Of a DNA stretch of 64,000 bases, positions 44,831-58,581 are shown one piece after another (the stretch's first letter is position 1; every line of letters begins with the position of its first letter). The stretch is from Octopus vulgaris. Taxonomy: Eukaryota. Made by a program: the position numbers and the translations under genes. The stretch spans positions 73,408,001 to 73,472,000 of the forward strand of contig OX597816.1 of the NCBI GenBank assembly GCA_951406725.2, in the 5' to 3' direction. The notes beneath the pieces are model-generated. The model saw only the letters and a list, made by a program, of their open reading frames with translations. It did not search any database and had not been told where the DNA came from.

Positions 44831-45400
44831 ATGAAAGAAAGAAAGAAAGAAAGAAAGAAAGAAAACTTATGGAACATAACGGAAATAAAGAAATTAACAG
44901 GGGCGAAAATAGGTGAGGTAAAAATAGGAGGGGAAAACCGAGGTGGAAAAAAATCTTTTCCTCTAAAAATCAAATAAATTCTCTTTGGCTGTTCGTAATG
45001 AGAATGACACGTGGACACGACTGTGTCGCATTTTCGCGCCGTTGACGACGCGAAGACCAAACAACAACAACGACGTCTGGTGGCTGTCACCAACAACAAG
45101 TGTACGTAATCTGTGAACAGTGAAAGCAAGACCGTTGTAGCAAAATCTTATTTATTTTTTTAAATATTTTTTGTGTCACTTCTAAGATATCAGCAGTAGG
45201 AGGGGGAGTGGGAGTAGAGTATATCAGTAATATATGTTCGCTTCATTTAGTGTCGTTGTTGTTGTTGTGGTCGTTATGGGTGTTAGAGAATTATCATTAT
45301 ATTCGCTGTATTTATTTATTCCCTTCCATCTATTTCTTTATTCATATATTTATTTATGTATGTGTTTACATACTTTCCAACGACTGCAATGCTTTATGTA

Positions 45401-45434
<34 letters not shown>

Positions 45435-45548
45435 CATATACTGACGCACACACACAAATACATACATAAATACATACATACATACATATACAAACGCATA
45501 CACGTGTGCATGAAAATGTGTACATAGGTACGTGTATGTAATTATATG

Positions 45549-45595
<47 letters not shown>

Positions 45596-45707
45596 GTGTG
45601 TATGTATGTATGTGTGCAGCAATATTCACACATGCGTGTACAAATTCATATATATAGAACACAGACAGAAACACAGATATCGTGTATATATAAACTCTAT
45701 ATGTGTG

Positions 45708-45767
<60 letters not shown>

Positions 45768-46024
45768 CACGTAAATATAAACATACGTACATATATATAT
45801 ATATATGTATGTATATATACATATATACATATTCACATATATATACATATATGTACATACAAACACACACACACACACATATATATATATAGATATATAT
45901 ATATACATATGTACATATGTATATATGTATACATATCTATATATAAACAATACTTATATACTCATGCATAGATATATTACTCATAAATAGATACATACAT
46001 ACATATACATACATACACACATAC

Positions 46025-46109
<85 letters not shown>

Positions 46110-46228
46110 CATATGTACATATCTATACATATCTATATATAAACAATACTGATATACTCATGCATAGATATATTACTCATAAATAGATAGATACATACAT
46201 ATGCATACATACACACATACACATACAT

Positions 46229-46287
<59 letters not shown>

Positions 46288-46603
46288 TTTGGATAGCACA
46301 CACACACATACATACATACATACATACGTATATATTGCCCTTTATTCAGTTCTCTCTCTCCCTCTCTCTCTCTCACTCTCTTTCATTATTTTTGTGTGTG
46401 TTTTTTATTTTTATTCTTTATTCTTTCTATTTACATTCATATTTATACCTATGGGGGTCGCCGTGAGGCGGGTGGCCTCATTGACTTTCCACATTTCTAA
46501 CAACACAAAATAGATTAGCTCTAATGTGAAACGGAAAGCGGGCAATATAAAACGGGCAAACAAACTAACAACAACGACGATAATAATAATAATAATAATA
46601 ATG

Positions 46604-46661
<58 letters not shown>

Positions 46662-47030
46662 GCTGAATAAAGAGAAAGGAAAACACCTTTTTTTTTTGAG
46701 AGGGAAATATAATAAATAATATATCGTTATTAAATAATTATAAAAGAGTCCCGCTTTGTGACACTCGACTCTACGTCCGTGATTTGGAAGATTTCCCTAT
46801 TATGTTTTCTTTTTGTATTTTTTTAGAGTTTCTTTGTTGTTCTTTTTCGCCTTTATTCTTTCTTTTATGGTGTAAAGACAATATAAGGAAGAAAATAATA
46901 TATTTTAAATTAATAATACGCGTCATGTCGTCAAACGTGAGTTTAAATGTTTATGGGGAGTCAAACAACTTGATATATTGGGGTTGGCTGCACACCTTTT
47001 ATTTGAATATCCTTTAGCAGCGGCAAATCG

Positions 47031-47098
<68 letters not shown>

Positions 47099-47373
47099 CT
47101 ATCTCTTCCCCCTCTATCTTTCTCTCCTATGTCTGGTACTGTGTGTGTGCGTGTGCGTTTCATTTTCGAGAGAACTATAAGTACCCAAGATAAGTGTGAA
47201 GTTATTGTAGAATAAATGTTTTCCCCTTTCTACTTAAAGACAACACTCACAATATGAGAACACATGTATCTATACATATATATTATATGATATATATATA
47301 TATATATATACAGACAGACAGACAGACAGATAGATAGATAGACAGACAGACAGATAAATAGATAGATAGATAA

Positions 47374-47486
<113 letters not shown>

Positions 47487-47800
47487 GATATATATAAAGT
47501 ATATACATCACTGAGTATGTATCATTTTCTTTCTATCTATTTATCTATCTATCAAAAGATAATCTGGAACTTGACTGAAGAAAGATAACTCCGAACGGCC
47601 CGCCCTTGTTTTGTCTTTTCTTTTTGTATCGTCTGTCTGGATGTTTTGTTGTCCCATTTTTGTATCCTCTAAGTGTTTGGATGTTTTGCGTTCTTGTCCC
47701 ATTTTTGGTATTCCTTTTTATAAAAATATAGCCGCGTACGTACACTTTGGTCTCTTCTATGTAAGTATCAATATACATACATGCATAAATACATACACGC

Positions 47801-47852
<52 letters not shown>

Positions 47853-48174
47853 AAATGAAGCTCCAGCATGGCTGAAACGCTAAGGTTAAATAATAGAATA
47901 TATAGCGTAGTATATATATGTCTGTATATATTAATGGCAAATGTGAGCGCGCCCACATATATAAATATATATGTAAGTGTATTATACAATATGTGTACAG
48001 TATACAATATATACGGCAGACAATCCATATATTATAGAATATATGTTTATCGTATCGCATACACATATTTGTATGTATATTTGCATATTTATGTATAGTA
48101 TACAACGCATGCGGGGGCGCGCATAGACGCACGCACACAGGCACACACATGGGCGCACATTCACACACACACGT

Positions 48175-48319
48175 GTAGTAAGAAGCTTGCTTCCCAACCA
48201 CATAGTTCCGGGTTCAGTCCCACTGTGTGGCACTTTGGCCAAGTGTCTTCTACAATAGGCTTGGGCCGACCAAAGCCTTGTGAGTGGATTTGGTAGACCG
48301 AAACTGAAAGAAGCCTATC

Positions 48320-48389
<70 letters not shown>

Positions 48390-48698
48390 GTAATGTGTCA
48401 CTAAGACCCAAAGGTGTCAGGTAATGCTGAGTAAGTGCTATGGATAGACCGTAGTTAAGCTCCAGATTCGGTGATTATGCGAATAAGGAGTCCAACATAG
48501 GTCATATATCAGCATCTGTATATTCACTCTCTATTTCGTATCTTATCTAAATTAACTATCGTTTAGCCATTTTCTCACACAGTCTCTAATGAAGGGATAT
48601 AATAAATATCATGGAAACAGCTGTAAGACATATTTATAAATGTTCTAAAATCTTCACAGCCTTGGGTTTTTTTTATCTCATTGTGAAAATATTTTTAC

Positions 48699-48740
<42 letters not shown>

Positions 48741-49005
48741 CTTTATCTTTTACTTGTGTCAGCCACCAGTTTGCGGTCATGCTGGGGAATATGTATATAT
48801 GTATATGTTTGTATATCTGTGTTTGTCCCTCACCATCGCTTGAGAACCGATGTTGATGTGTTTACGTCCCGGTAAGTTTGTGACTCGGCAAAAGAGTAAA
48901 TACTGGGTTTACAAAGAATAAGTCCTGGGGTCGATTTGTTCGACTAAAGGCGGTGCTTCAGCATGGCCGCCGTTAAATGACTGAAATAAATAAAAGAATG
49001 AAAGA
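48175..49005 (+). mobile_element. SINE family B split at its internal microsatellite by an insert containing an HHR motif
   Basis: Head 48175-48321, tail 48815-49005, intervening 48390-48700. Confidence 0.7.
48582..48629 (+). ncRNA. Hammerhead-like motif, core mutated
   Basis: GTCT-CTAATGA-AGGGATAT-AATAA-ATATCATG-GAAAC-AGCT-GTA^AGAC; stem I is 4 bp and stem III is the palindrome ACAGCTGT; the G5A change probably inactivates it. Confidence 0.65.
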
Positions 49006-49015
49006 ATAATATATA

Positions 49016-49553
49016 AGTAAGGGTCACATTCTAAGTGTTAGTATTTTGGATTATAAAAATGACACAGATTCTGAAAAATATTTATTAGATAATTAATTTA
49101 CACAAGTTCAGTATATTATCTAAGATTTGGATATTCGGCCTGGAGAGGGTCGCCGCCACAATGAGAACACTCACGTGCTCGCTTTCTCATATCAAGCACA
49201 CTGCATCTTAGCATATCCAGTGGAATGACTGCGATCAGCTTTTTCACGGAAGCTTGTAACAGCACGCAGGATCACATTTCGGGATGGTGCCTATCACTTT
49301 CCAAAATGCCGTTGGAATTTTCTTTGGTCTGCAACGATGAAACTGTGGCTGGTGACGTATGCTTCGACTACATATGCAATTTGTTTTGGGGTCCACATTA
49401 TGAGGGACATCAACAACAATTACCTGTAAAAAAAAAAAAAAAAATTTTAGTTAATATGTTGAAATCCTGTCTATTATATATGTAATAAATATATTTGGTA
49501 CTCTGTCATTTTTGTAATCCGAGATACTCGCATTTAAAATGTGTCCCATTATT
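49016..49553. mobile_element. MITE with ~60-bp imperfect TIRs
   Basis: GGGTCACATTCTAAGTGTTAGTATTTTGGATTATAAAAATGACACAG versus CTCTGTCATTTTTGTAATCCGAGATACTCGCATTTAAAATGTGTCCC. Confidence 0.65.
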
Positions 49554-49605
49554 AAGGCCCACTCTGTATATTTTTATCGTACAATATACATACATACATA
49601 CATGC

Positions 49606-49636
<31 letters not shown>

Positions 49637-49844
49637 CGATAAGAGCACATTATTAGAACTTAATTCATTTATACTTTACAGTAAACCATCAAGTCAATAC
49701 TGAACATAATATCAATTAATATATCAATGAGAAATTAACAGTTATAATGTAATCACGTTTCGTAGCTTACAGCTGTTTCAGCACCGGCATTGAACTCTGG
49801 TTGTAAACCTGCTTACAGCAGAAACAGACGTATACATATATATG

Positions 49845-49928
<84 letters not shown>

Positions 49929-49929
<1 letters not shown>

Positions 49930-50369
49930 TTTATTTAAAGCAGCAGAAAATTCAACAAAACCTGTTACTCTGAGTTTCCCATTTCCGTTCATCGGACAGT
50001 TTTTGCTAGAAAGGAGCCGATATGTCAATTCTATCCAGACTATTACAAACGCTACACCTTTAAAATCTACTTTAAAACGCTACATTACCATCCATGATTT
50101 TAGCCTGCGTGCGAACTAGATTGCGTATACATATGTATACATGCATTTGTGTGTATATTTTAGCTTTATATTTATACGTCTGTATATGTATGGGGTTTGC
50201 ACGCATCTTTTCTGTGTATGTTGAGATATATGTATACTTTAATATGAATATGTACTGCAGTGTAATATTTTTAATGCATTTCAATTTCCATGTATTAATT
50301 ATATTTCCTTCATTAAGGTCAATATGTATTTTATTCAACGTAAGATTTTTCCTCGAATTTTATAATTTT

Positions 50370-50435
<66 letters not shown>

Positions 50436-50710
50436 GCTCATTTTTGTTTATCGCTCGAAGATTGACCGTTATTTCTAAAGGGCCAATCAAACAAGTCCAT
50501 TTTTTAAAGGTGTAGCGTTTGTAATAGTCTGGATAGAATTGACATAACGGTTCCATTCTAGCAAAAACTGTCCGGTGAACGGCAACGGGAAACTCAGAGT
50601 AACAAGTTTTGTTGAATTTTCTGCTGCTTTAAATAAAGCATATTACTCTACCACTGGTATTTGAGTACTCTTTTTTCCACCTTGTTTCACATTTATGTGT
50701 TTACACCGGT
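49929..50710. mobile_element. Inverted pair of HHR-bearing repeats (~137-bp arms at 49929-50065 and 50502-50638)
   Basis: Minus 49962-49999: CTGT-CCGATGA-ACGGAAATGG-GAAAC-TCAGA-GTA^ACAG. Plus 50568-50604: CTGT-CCGGTGA-ACGGCAACGG-GAAAC-TCAGA-GTA^ACA. Outer ends at (TA)n. Confidence 0.8.
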
Positions 50711-50963
50711 ATATATATACATATATATATATATGTGTGTGCGTGTATGTATGTATATATATATATCGAAAGCGTATATTGTTGTTAAGTGCTCGAAATA
50801 CGAGAGTAGAGAAACCGATGGAGGGTCATTCTTTATGTTATTTGTTTTGTTTTCCATTTGCGTCTTTCGTTGTTCGAAAGAATAGTTCGTGTTCCATGTA
50901 CTCGTGCTTCGTATATTTTTGCTTTGTACACGTTTCGTGACGTCCTGTACTCATATATGCATA

Positions 50964-51012
<49 letters not shown>

Positions 51013-51092
51013 GTATGGAAGTAAGTATGTACATGTACGTATCTATATATGCATATATGTATTATTTATACATTCGAATTCATTTACATTAA

Positions 51093-51155
<63 letters not shown>

Positions 51156-51435
51156 TGTGTGTGTGTGTGTGTGTGTGTGTCTGTGTGTGTACATATAATT
51201 GTTTCTAATATTGGTACATGACCAGTAACTTTGAGAGGAGCGGAAGAGCTTATCAATTACATCGACTGCATTGCATAAATAATACTCCATTTGATCGATT
51301 TCGAATCTATTAAAAATGAAGTTGATCTCAACGAGATTCAAGCTCTCAGCAATTCTGCAGAGTATTTTGTCTGATGCTCCAATTACAGTATACAAACACA
51401 CACACAAACACACACACTCACACATACACACACAC

Positions 51436-51472
<37 letters not shown>

Positions 51473-51474
51473 CG

Positions 51475-51615
51475 AAAATTATGAAAAAACAAGTAAGGGA
51501 AAGACAGAGTCTGGTGAGAGAACAGCATTCAACGTGTATTTATTTGACGGTTAGGAAAATGGAAAAACTCTTTGACGTTTCGAGCCTAAGCTCCTCTGAA
51601 GGGAATGAAGAGAGA
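51475..51615 (-). mobile_element. H1-related HHR repeat copy
   Basis: Minus strand CAGAGGAGCTTAGGCTCGAAACGTCAAAGAG plus related tail. Confidence 0.55.
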
Positions 51616-51927
51616 AAATAGATACAGGAAAGGGTTAAATGAAGAAAAAAAGAGAGAATTTCGGGATTAAAGAAATCCAGACGAATGTTTTGTGGAAATT
51701 CATTAATGAGAATGTGTGTGTGTGTGTGTGTGAGTGAATAGTATATGTATTGATACATATACATTATATACATATATACATATACATATATATATATATA
51801 TATATAAAACTTCGTAACTTCTATGCTGGAGTAAGAACAGAATGGTCTTTGTCTATCTCCTTAACTTTTTAGGTATAATTATACTAATGTGTCCGTCTGT
51901 TCTAATTTAATTAAATTCTATGTCATT

Positions 51928-52016
51928 GTGCAGCTGAAGATTGCTCTGCATTTTAAATTGATGTAATGATTGCATTGTTCAATTAAATGGAGTTGCATGA
52001 AACGATCGTACTGCAT
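51928..52016 (+). ncRNA. Hammerhead ribozyme with long stem II (element ~51808-52050)
   Basis: GTGCAG-CTGAAGA-TTGC...GCAT-GAAAC-GATC-GTA^CTGCAT; palindromic stem III ACGATCGT; paralogous to 60145-60232. Confidence 0.8.
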
Positions 52017-52430
52017 TACCTCTAGATATCCTTGTTGCTTATTTTAATTATACACATATATATACACAAATGTGTGTGCATGTATATGTATGTATGCTTG
52101 TATGTATGTATGTATGCATGCATGCATGTATGTATGTATGTATGTATGTATGTATGTATGTATGTATGTATGTATGTATGTATGTATGTATGTATGTATG
52201 TATGTATGTATCAGTAGACGTCTGCGTTTTTTATGTTAATTGAGATGATGGTACTAACAAGACTAGTCGTATTTTGGGTTTAGGCATTTTAGATGACGAT
52301 CTCGAAACTCGAAAAGAATATGACTAATCATCTTCTGAAGAAACATGCACTTTACACTTTACGAAATACAATTCTATACTTTTCCTTAAATTGTATAATG
52401 ATGTCTCTCTCTCACGATATAGATAGGTAA

Positions 52431-52503
<73 letters not shown>

Positions 52504-52560
52504 GACCCATTTAAAAAATAAACTAGGATGCACATAATCATATATATATATATAATGTAT

Positions 52561-52619
<59 letters not shown>

Positions 52620-52716
52620 CATATGTATATATACATATATATACGTATGTATATATACATATATATACATATATATATGTGTGTATATATACATATATTT
52701 GCGTATGAATGTACAT

Positions 52717-52749
<33 letters not shown>

Positions 52750-52756
52750 ATGTATG

Positions 52757-52866
<110 letters not shown>

Positions 52867-53199
52867 TAGATATATTAATAATTGAGGGTACTACAAGTCG
52901 CACTAGCACGCTAAAAATAACAGTCGTGGAATTTTTCGTGCATGCTTGATATTATTGTAAACAACGATATCCTTATATATATTTATATATATATATATAT
53001 ACACTTTTAGAAGAAAACACGTTATTCTACTAAAAACATTGACTAATCCGCCAGTTTAATGGTAAATTAATTTTGTATATAATTTGACATAAAAGCAAGC
53101 ATCAATGCGTATGTGTACGTGTGTGTGTTTCTATGTGTGTGCGTGTGTGTGCGCGCGTGTGTGCAATTACATATATCGATAATAATGCAAAAATAGGCA

Positions 53200-53820
53200 T
53201 AACATTTTTATTAGCTGACAAAGACTGTTGAAATTGTATTCTCCCTCTATTCAAAGTTTGTACTCGACGCCGCCTTAGTTGCAAGTGAATCATTCGTTAA
53301 ACGCAACTCTTTCTCAATAGATCCAGGTGTTCAGGTGTGCGCTGTTGTGCCCGGTTTTTTCACAGCCACTTTCAACTCATGTGACATCAGATAGTTGTCT
53401 CCCTAAAGACTGCATCTTATTAGACTAAACATATGAAGATCGGAGGGGTTCAAGACCAGAGATTTACGGTTGGTGAGTCGCCTTACAAACCATCCCAATT
53501 TACCGACACTTGGTATATGTTTTCGCACATTTTCACGGTGATTCCGGATTGTCTTCAGATTCTTGCTCACGCTCTTTCCCTAATATTTTCTCAAAGCTTT
53601 TATTTTTGGTAACTCAATGCACCGCTCGTTGTTCATAGTACAGCTACGTTCCGGAAAATCAACGAAAATGACATACGACACGTCCGGAAATCAATCACGA
53701 TTACTTTCTGTGCTGTTCGTTGACTGTTGAGCTCCTTAGGTCTTTCAGAAGAGATGCGACGTTTTCATTTCCGGATCGTAAATATGTGCCCATCTTTAAT
53801 CCTACTTATCAAATCACAAG
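53200..53820 (-). pseudogene. Highly degraded mariner transposase remnant
   Basis: Minus-strand pieces WAHIYDPEMK, RPKELNSQRTAQKV, IFVDFPERSCTMNNERC resemble mariner WxxxYDPExK and downstream motifs. Confidence 0.5.
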
Positions 53821-53944
53821 TGTAAGTGTTATCATTGGCTTCAAATGTTTCGTGCAGACAAGCAAATTTCACCCTCTGTAGATGTCAATCGAGAACAGAC
53901 CAGACATGCTTTCCTTCCATTGTTAGTATATTTCGAAGGTGGCG

Positions 53945-54105
53945 ACCTTTACGTTCTGAGTTCAAATTCCGCCGAAGGTCGACTTTGCCTTTCATCCTTT
54001 CGGGGTCGATAAATTAAGTACCAGTTGCGTACTGGGATTGATCTAATTGACTGCCACCCCTCCCCAAAAAATTCGAGCCTTGTACCCAGAGCAGAAAAGA
54101 TTATC
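53945..54105 (+). mobile_element. SINE family A, 5'-truncated
   Basis: ACGTTCTGAGTTCAAATTCCGCCGAAGGTCGACTTTGCCTTTCATCCTTTCGGGGTCGATAAATTAAGTACC. Confidence 0.85.
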
Positions 54106-54147
54106 AATATATTTCAATATACATTTCAAAGAACATTTACCTATGTT

Positions 54148-54225
<78 letters not shown>

Positions 54226-54577
54226 TGTGTGTGAGTGTGTGTGGGTGTATAAATTGCCTGAAGTGGTGTACAGGTGTTGTATATTGAGAAAAAGAGGTAG
54301 TCAGTATTTTAGCTAATTCTTTATCAGTGCTTTCGGTTCGTTTAACCGAACTCTTCAAGACAAAAGTTGAAACCATATATATATAACGTAAAGTATACAA
54401 GACATCTAGTATACTAGTAAAGTATACTAGCCTGGCTTTAGGCAGTTGGAGACGATGATCTCCTGGGGCTAAAAGCTACAGTAACACCCACCCTTAGTGG
54501 TTAGCCATATTGAGATGGCTAGTATACTTTACGTTGTCGAGCAGTTACTGTTTACATCTCGTTCAGAGATTTATTAT

Positions 54578-54622
<45 letters not shown>

Positions 54623-54669
54623 TATGCATATACATACATTTACATGTATATATATATATATATAAATGA

Positions 54670-54790
54670 GATGGGCTTCTTTCAGTTTCCGTCTACCAAA
54701 TCAACTCACAAAGTGTTGATCGGCCCAAGGTTCTACGCAGTGGGACTGAACCCGGTACCATGTGGTTAGGAAGCTAACTGCTTACCACAC
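54670..54790 (-). mobile_element. SINE family B head
   Basis: GGGCTTCTTTCAGTTTCCGTCTACCAAATC...GTGGGACTGAACCCGG...CTTACCACAC. Confidence 0.8.
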
Positions 54791-54901
54791 ACCCTGTTTA
54801 TATTTACGTGTGTGTGTGTGTGTGTGTGTAAGCCCATAGTTATATCCATGTTCTTTCATCATCTCTCTTTCTCTTTCCTCTCCCCTCTCTTCTCCGCTCT
54901 T

Positions 54902-54933
<32 letters not shown>

Positions 54934-55279
54934 CTCTTTCTCTTTCTCTCTTCTTTTCCTCTCCCTCTCTCTTTCCTCTTTCTCATTCTCTCTCTCACTC
55001 TCTTCCTCTTCCTCCCCCTCTCTCTCTTTACCTACCTACCTACCTACCTATACCGCTCAATCAATATCTTATGGTCTCATGGTTAAAAATCAATAACAAA
55101 GGACGAATTGTCGTGGAGCTTATAATATCTGGTCACGTGTCAACCAATCAGGGGCTCATTGGGTTATGATATAATAAATAATGATAATAATAACCCCCAA
55201 CCACAACAACAACTTGAACAATCATGGTTGTTGTTGCTATTGTTATTGAATACATTATTAATATTAAATATTGTTGCAC

Positions 55280-55329
<50 letters not shown>

Positions 55330-55428
55330 AAAGAAATCTCCATTCTTTGCAAGTTGTCCTTGTCATGTACGCTCCCCCGTCGCCCTTGTGGCAAATAAAA
55401 GAAATCTCTATTCATATCATTATTACAT

Positions 55429-55474
<46 letters not shown>

Positions 55475-55480
55475 TACTAC

Positions 55481-55523
<43 letters not shown>

Positions 55524-55717
55524 GCCGTTGTTTTCGTTTGCTGTGTTCTTGTCTGTCGTTTTGCTCAGTTCTTACAATGACAGCCTCAAACACGACAGCA
55601 CGCATGCGCCTGTCTGGCACGTGTCCTGCGTTGCAGCCCCTTCAGCTGATATTTCCTTCGGGACGTGTTCTTCCTCACAGGTCCGTTTGTATTGTTTGCA
55701 GCTGCATATCTACAACG

Positions 55718-55748
<31 letters not shown>

Positions 55749-56337
55749 CTACTACTACTACTACTACTGCTGCTTCTGCTGCTGCTGCTGCTGATACCGA
55801 AACGACCACTGCAGTAGCTCTACAAGATTTTATAGTTATAACTATCGGTCTTAAATCTTGTTAGTGTTTTTGTTCTGGACGTAGTTTGTGGTTATTATAG
55901 CAGTTGGTATTTGTTATAGCGGTGATGATGATGACGATGATGATGATGATGATGATAATGGTGATGATGATGATTGTCGTCGTCGTCGTTGTCGTAGTGA
56001 TTTGACGGTGGCGTTTGTACAGTGGCTATCTGTTATGTTTGTTGTTGTTCTTGTATTGATAATATATAAAAGTCTTTTTTTGTTTTTGTTGTTGTTTTTT
56101 AGTGTGATTCTTTTTTTTTTTTTTTGCAAATGCAACATTTTATTTGCAGAAGTGGTTCTTTTTGTAAATAGAAATGTCACAATTTTGCAGTTAGCAAAAA
56201 TATATAAATAAATAATAAAAAGATAAAAAAAGGTGCATATGTGTGTGTATAACTACTTCTTTATGTGTGTATATGTACATCTTTGTATTTGTGCGCATAT
56301 ATGTGTGTCTGTGTGTGTGTGTGCGTGTGTGTGTGTG

Positions 56338-56558
56338 TGGAAGGAGTGCTGAAAGTTCCTGATTTTAGGTAAAAGAGAATATACGGGAAGATCAGTTAAT
56401 TATGATTTTATTCAATATATTCCTCTCTCAGATTCACACACTTATTGCAGAGGTGCTTAAGCTTTTCTAAGCCCTGTAAAAGAACTCGGAATGATAGGTC
56501 TCCAAAAAGGCCTTTCGCGATGCATTTTAAGCTGGGAACTTTTCAGCACACCCTCGTA
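56338..56558. mobile_element. Mariner-derived MITE
   Basis: TIRs GGAGTGCTGAAAGTTCC / GGAACTTTTCAGCACACCCTCGTA; minus strand encodes a transposase-like tail CNKCVNLREEYIE*. Confidence 0.75.
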
Positions 56559-56561
56559 CAT

Positions 56562-56601
<40 letters not shown>

Positions 56602-56607
<6 letters not shown>

Positions 56608-57076
56608 AGTGAATTGAAGAAATTCGGATGGTCAATCCGCTGCCTGACCTGTAAATATCTTCAACGCGCCCACCACCCGATTTCAACATTGATAAACAGT
56701 TTGGCCATGGGCTCTTAGGAGCCTCCTCGTTCGATTTGTTTTGCTGCGCCTCTGTTCTGTTTTTGTTCTGCCAACGGAATTCCTATTTCTTCCTGAAGAG
56801 AAAGACACAATATGGTCTCCTTATTCAATCGGAATTTGGTAAATTGTGGCTTTCGAAACACGTGTAGAATGCAATAAAAGGATTTCTGCTCAATCTTCGT
56901 TCAACTCCATTTCTTCAATTCACTAATAATATTAAAATTCAATTATCCGCACGGTTGCAACACCATATGGTTGTACCTCCAACCGCGCTTTCTTCTGCTG
57001 TGATTTTTGCTACCAAGGTATCGGTTAAACTTTTGATTAATCTGCAACAAGATTATTCATCTTTCTATTTCACCAA
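56602..57076 (+). mobile_element. HHR-bearing element between (TA)n tracts with a 22-bp inverted 5' segment
   Basis: 56602-56623 ATTATTAGTGAATTGAAGAAAT is the reverse complement of 56909-56930. Confidence 0.7.
56790..56869 (+). ncRNA. Hammerhead ribozyme with canonical core
   Basis: TTC-CTGAAGA-GAAAGACACAAT...ATTGTGGCTTTC-GAAAC-ACGT-GTA^GAA; stem II pairs at 11 of 12 positions; palindromic stem III ACACGTGT. Confidence 0.82.
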
Positions 57077-57104
57077 ATATATATATATATATATATAAAT
57101 ACAT

Positions 57105-57535
57105 TTGTTGTTGGCTTCCTTTTGTCTCGGGAGACAATGGAGTTGCGCATAAACTAATCCAGTCTGGTTTTTATATTTCATGTCCTCCCCAGTTTCCTCT
57201 CCAGGTTTGCGCAGGCCTGGGCTAGATGTAACAAAATCCTGGGCAGCCCAATCGTCAGGATTCCTCTCTTGACCTTGCTGACGTAGTCCAAAGGAGTGCA
57301 GAGCATTATGTTTGGCACCAGTAGTTTGGTTGCAGGAGATGCCGAAAGAGTGTTAAGTCGAACACTATACCGCCTATGGGGCTCCACTCCGGATTTCTTT
57401 GAAGGTTGTCTCCTTTCCGTAACCCTGGATAGGGGCCCATACCAGGAACTGTAAACCGGAGCCAGCTGAGCTCGGGACTCGTATCAGGCAGGGTCGTACA
57501 CTCCCTGAAGTAGTGAAGAAAATCGCTACCGACTA
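57105..57535 (+). mobile_element. Probable RTE-clade LINE 5'-UTR-derived fragment
   Basis: GC-richer block between (TA)n tracts; GTCTCGGGAGACAATGGAGTTGCGC and GACCTTGCTGACGTAGTCCAAAGGA recall RTE 5' ends (from memory, unverified). Confidence 0.35.
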
Positions 57536-57663
<128 letters not shown>

Positions 57664-57732
57664 TATATAAATACATATATATATACGCACATATATATAT
57701 ACATATATATATACATATATTCATATATATAT

Positions 57733-57950
57733 ATTTCTTTACTACCCACAAGGGGCTAAACATAGAGGGGACAAACAAGGACAGACAAAGGGATTAAGTC
57801 GATTACATCGACCCCAGTGGGTAACTGGTACTTAGTTTATCGACCCCGAAAGGATGAAAGGCAAAGTCGACCTCGGCAGAATTTGAACTCACAACGTAAC
57901 GACAGACGAAATACCGCTAAGCATTTCGCCCGGCGCGCTAACGTTTCTGC
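57733..57950 (-). mobile_element. SINE family A monomer
   Basis: Full reverse-complement unit except the first ~12 nt. Confidence 0.88.
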
Positions 57951-57997
57951 ATATATGTATTTATGCATATATACATATATATATATACATATATATC

Positions 57998-58328
57998 GTA
58001 TGGCTCAGTGGTTAGAGCGCCGAGCTTACGATCGTGAGGTTGTGAGCTCGAATCCCGGACCGGGCTGCGTGTTGTGTTCTTGAGCAAGGCACTTTATTTC
58101 ACGTTGCACCAGTTCACTTAGCTGTAGAAATGAGTTGCGACGTCACTGGTGCCAAGCTGTAAGACCTTTGTCTTTCCCTTGGATAACACTGGTGGCGTGG
58201 AGAGGGGAGACTGGTATGCATGGGCGACTGCTGGTCTTCCATAAAACAACCTTACCCGGACTTGTGTCTAGGAGGGTAACTTTCTAGGTGCAATCCCATG
58301 GTCATTCATGACCGAAGGGGGTCTTTTA
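57998..58328 (+). mobile_element. SINE family C
   Basis: Near-identical to 40811-41143. Confidence 0.9.
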
Positions 58329-58524
58329 TATATATATATGTATATACATATTTATACATATATATATATATACATCTATATATATATACATATATATATA
58401 TACATCTATATATATACATATATATATACATATATATACATATACATATATATATCTATATATATATACATATACATATATATACATATACATATATATA
58501 CATATACATATACATATCTATATA

Positions 58525-58581
<57 letters not shown>

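Noticed and set aside
45930-46200. ~70-bp direct duplication
   Set aside because: Local slippage within compound microsatellite; no further structure.
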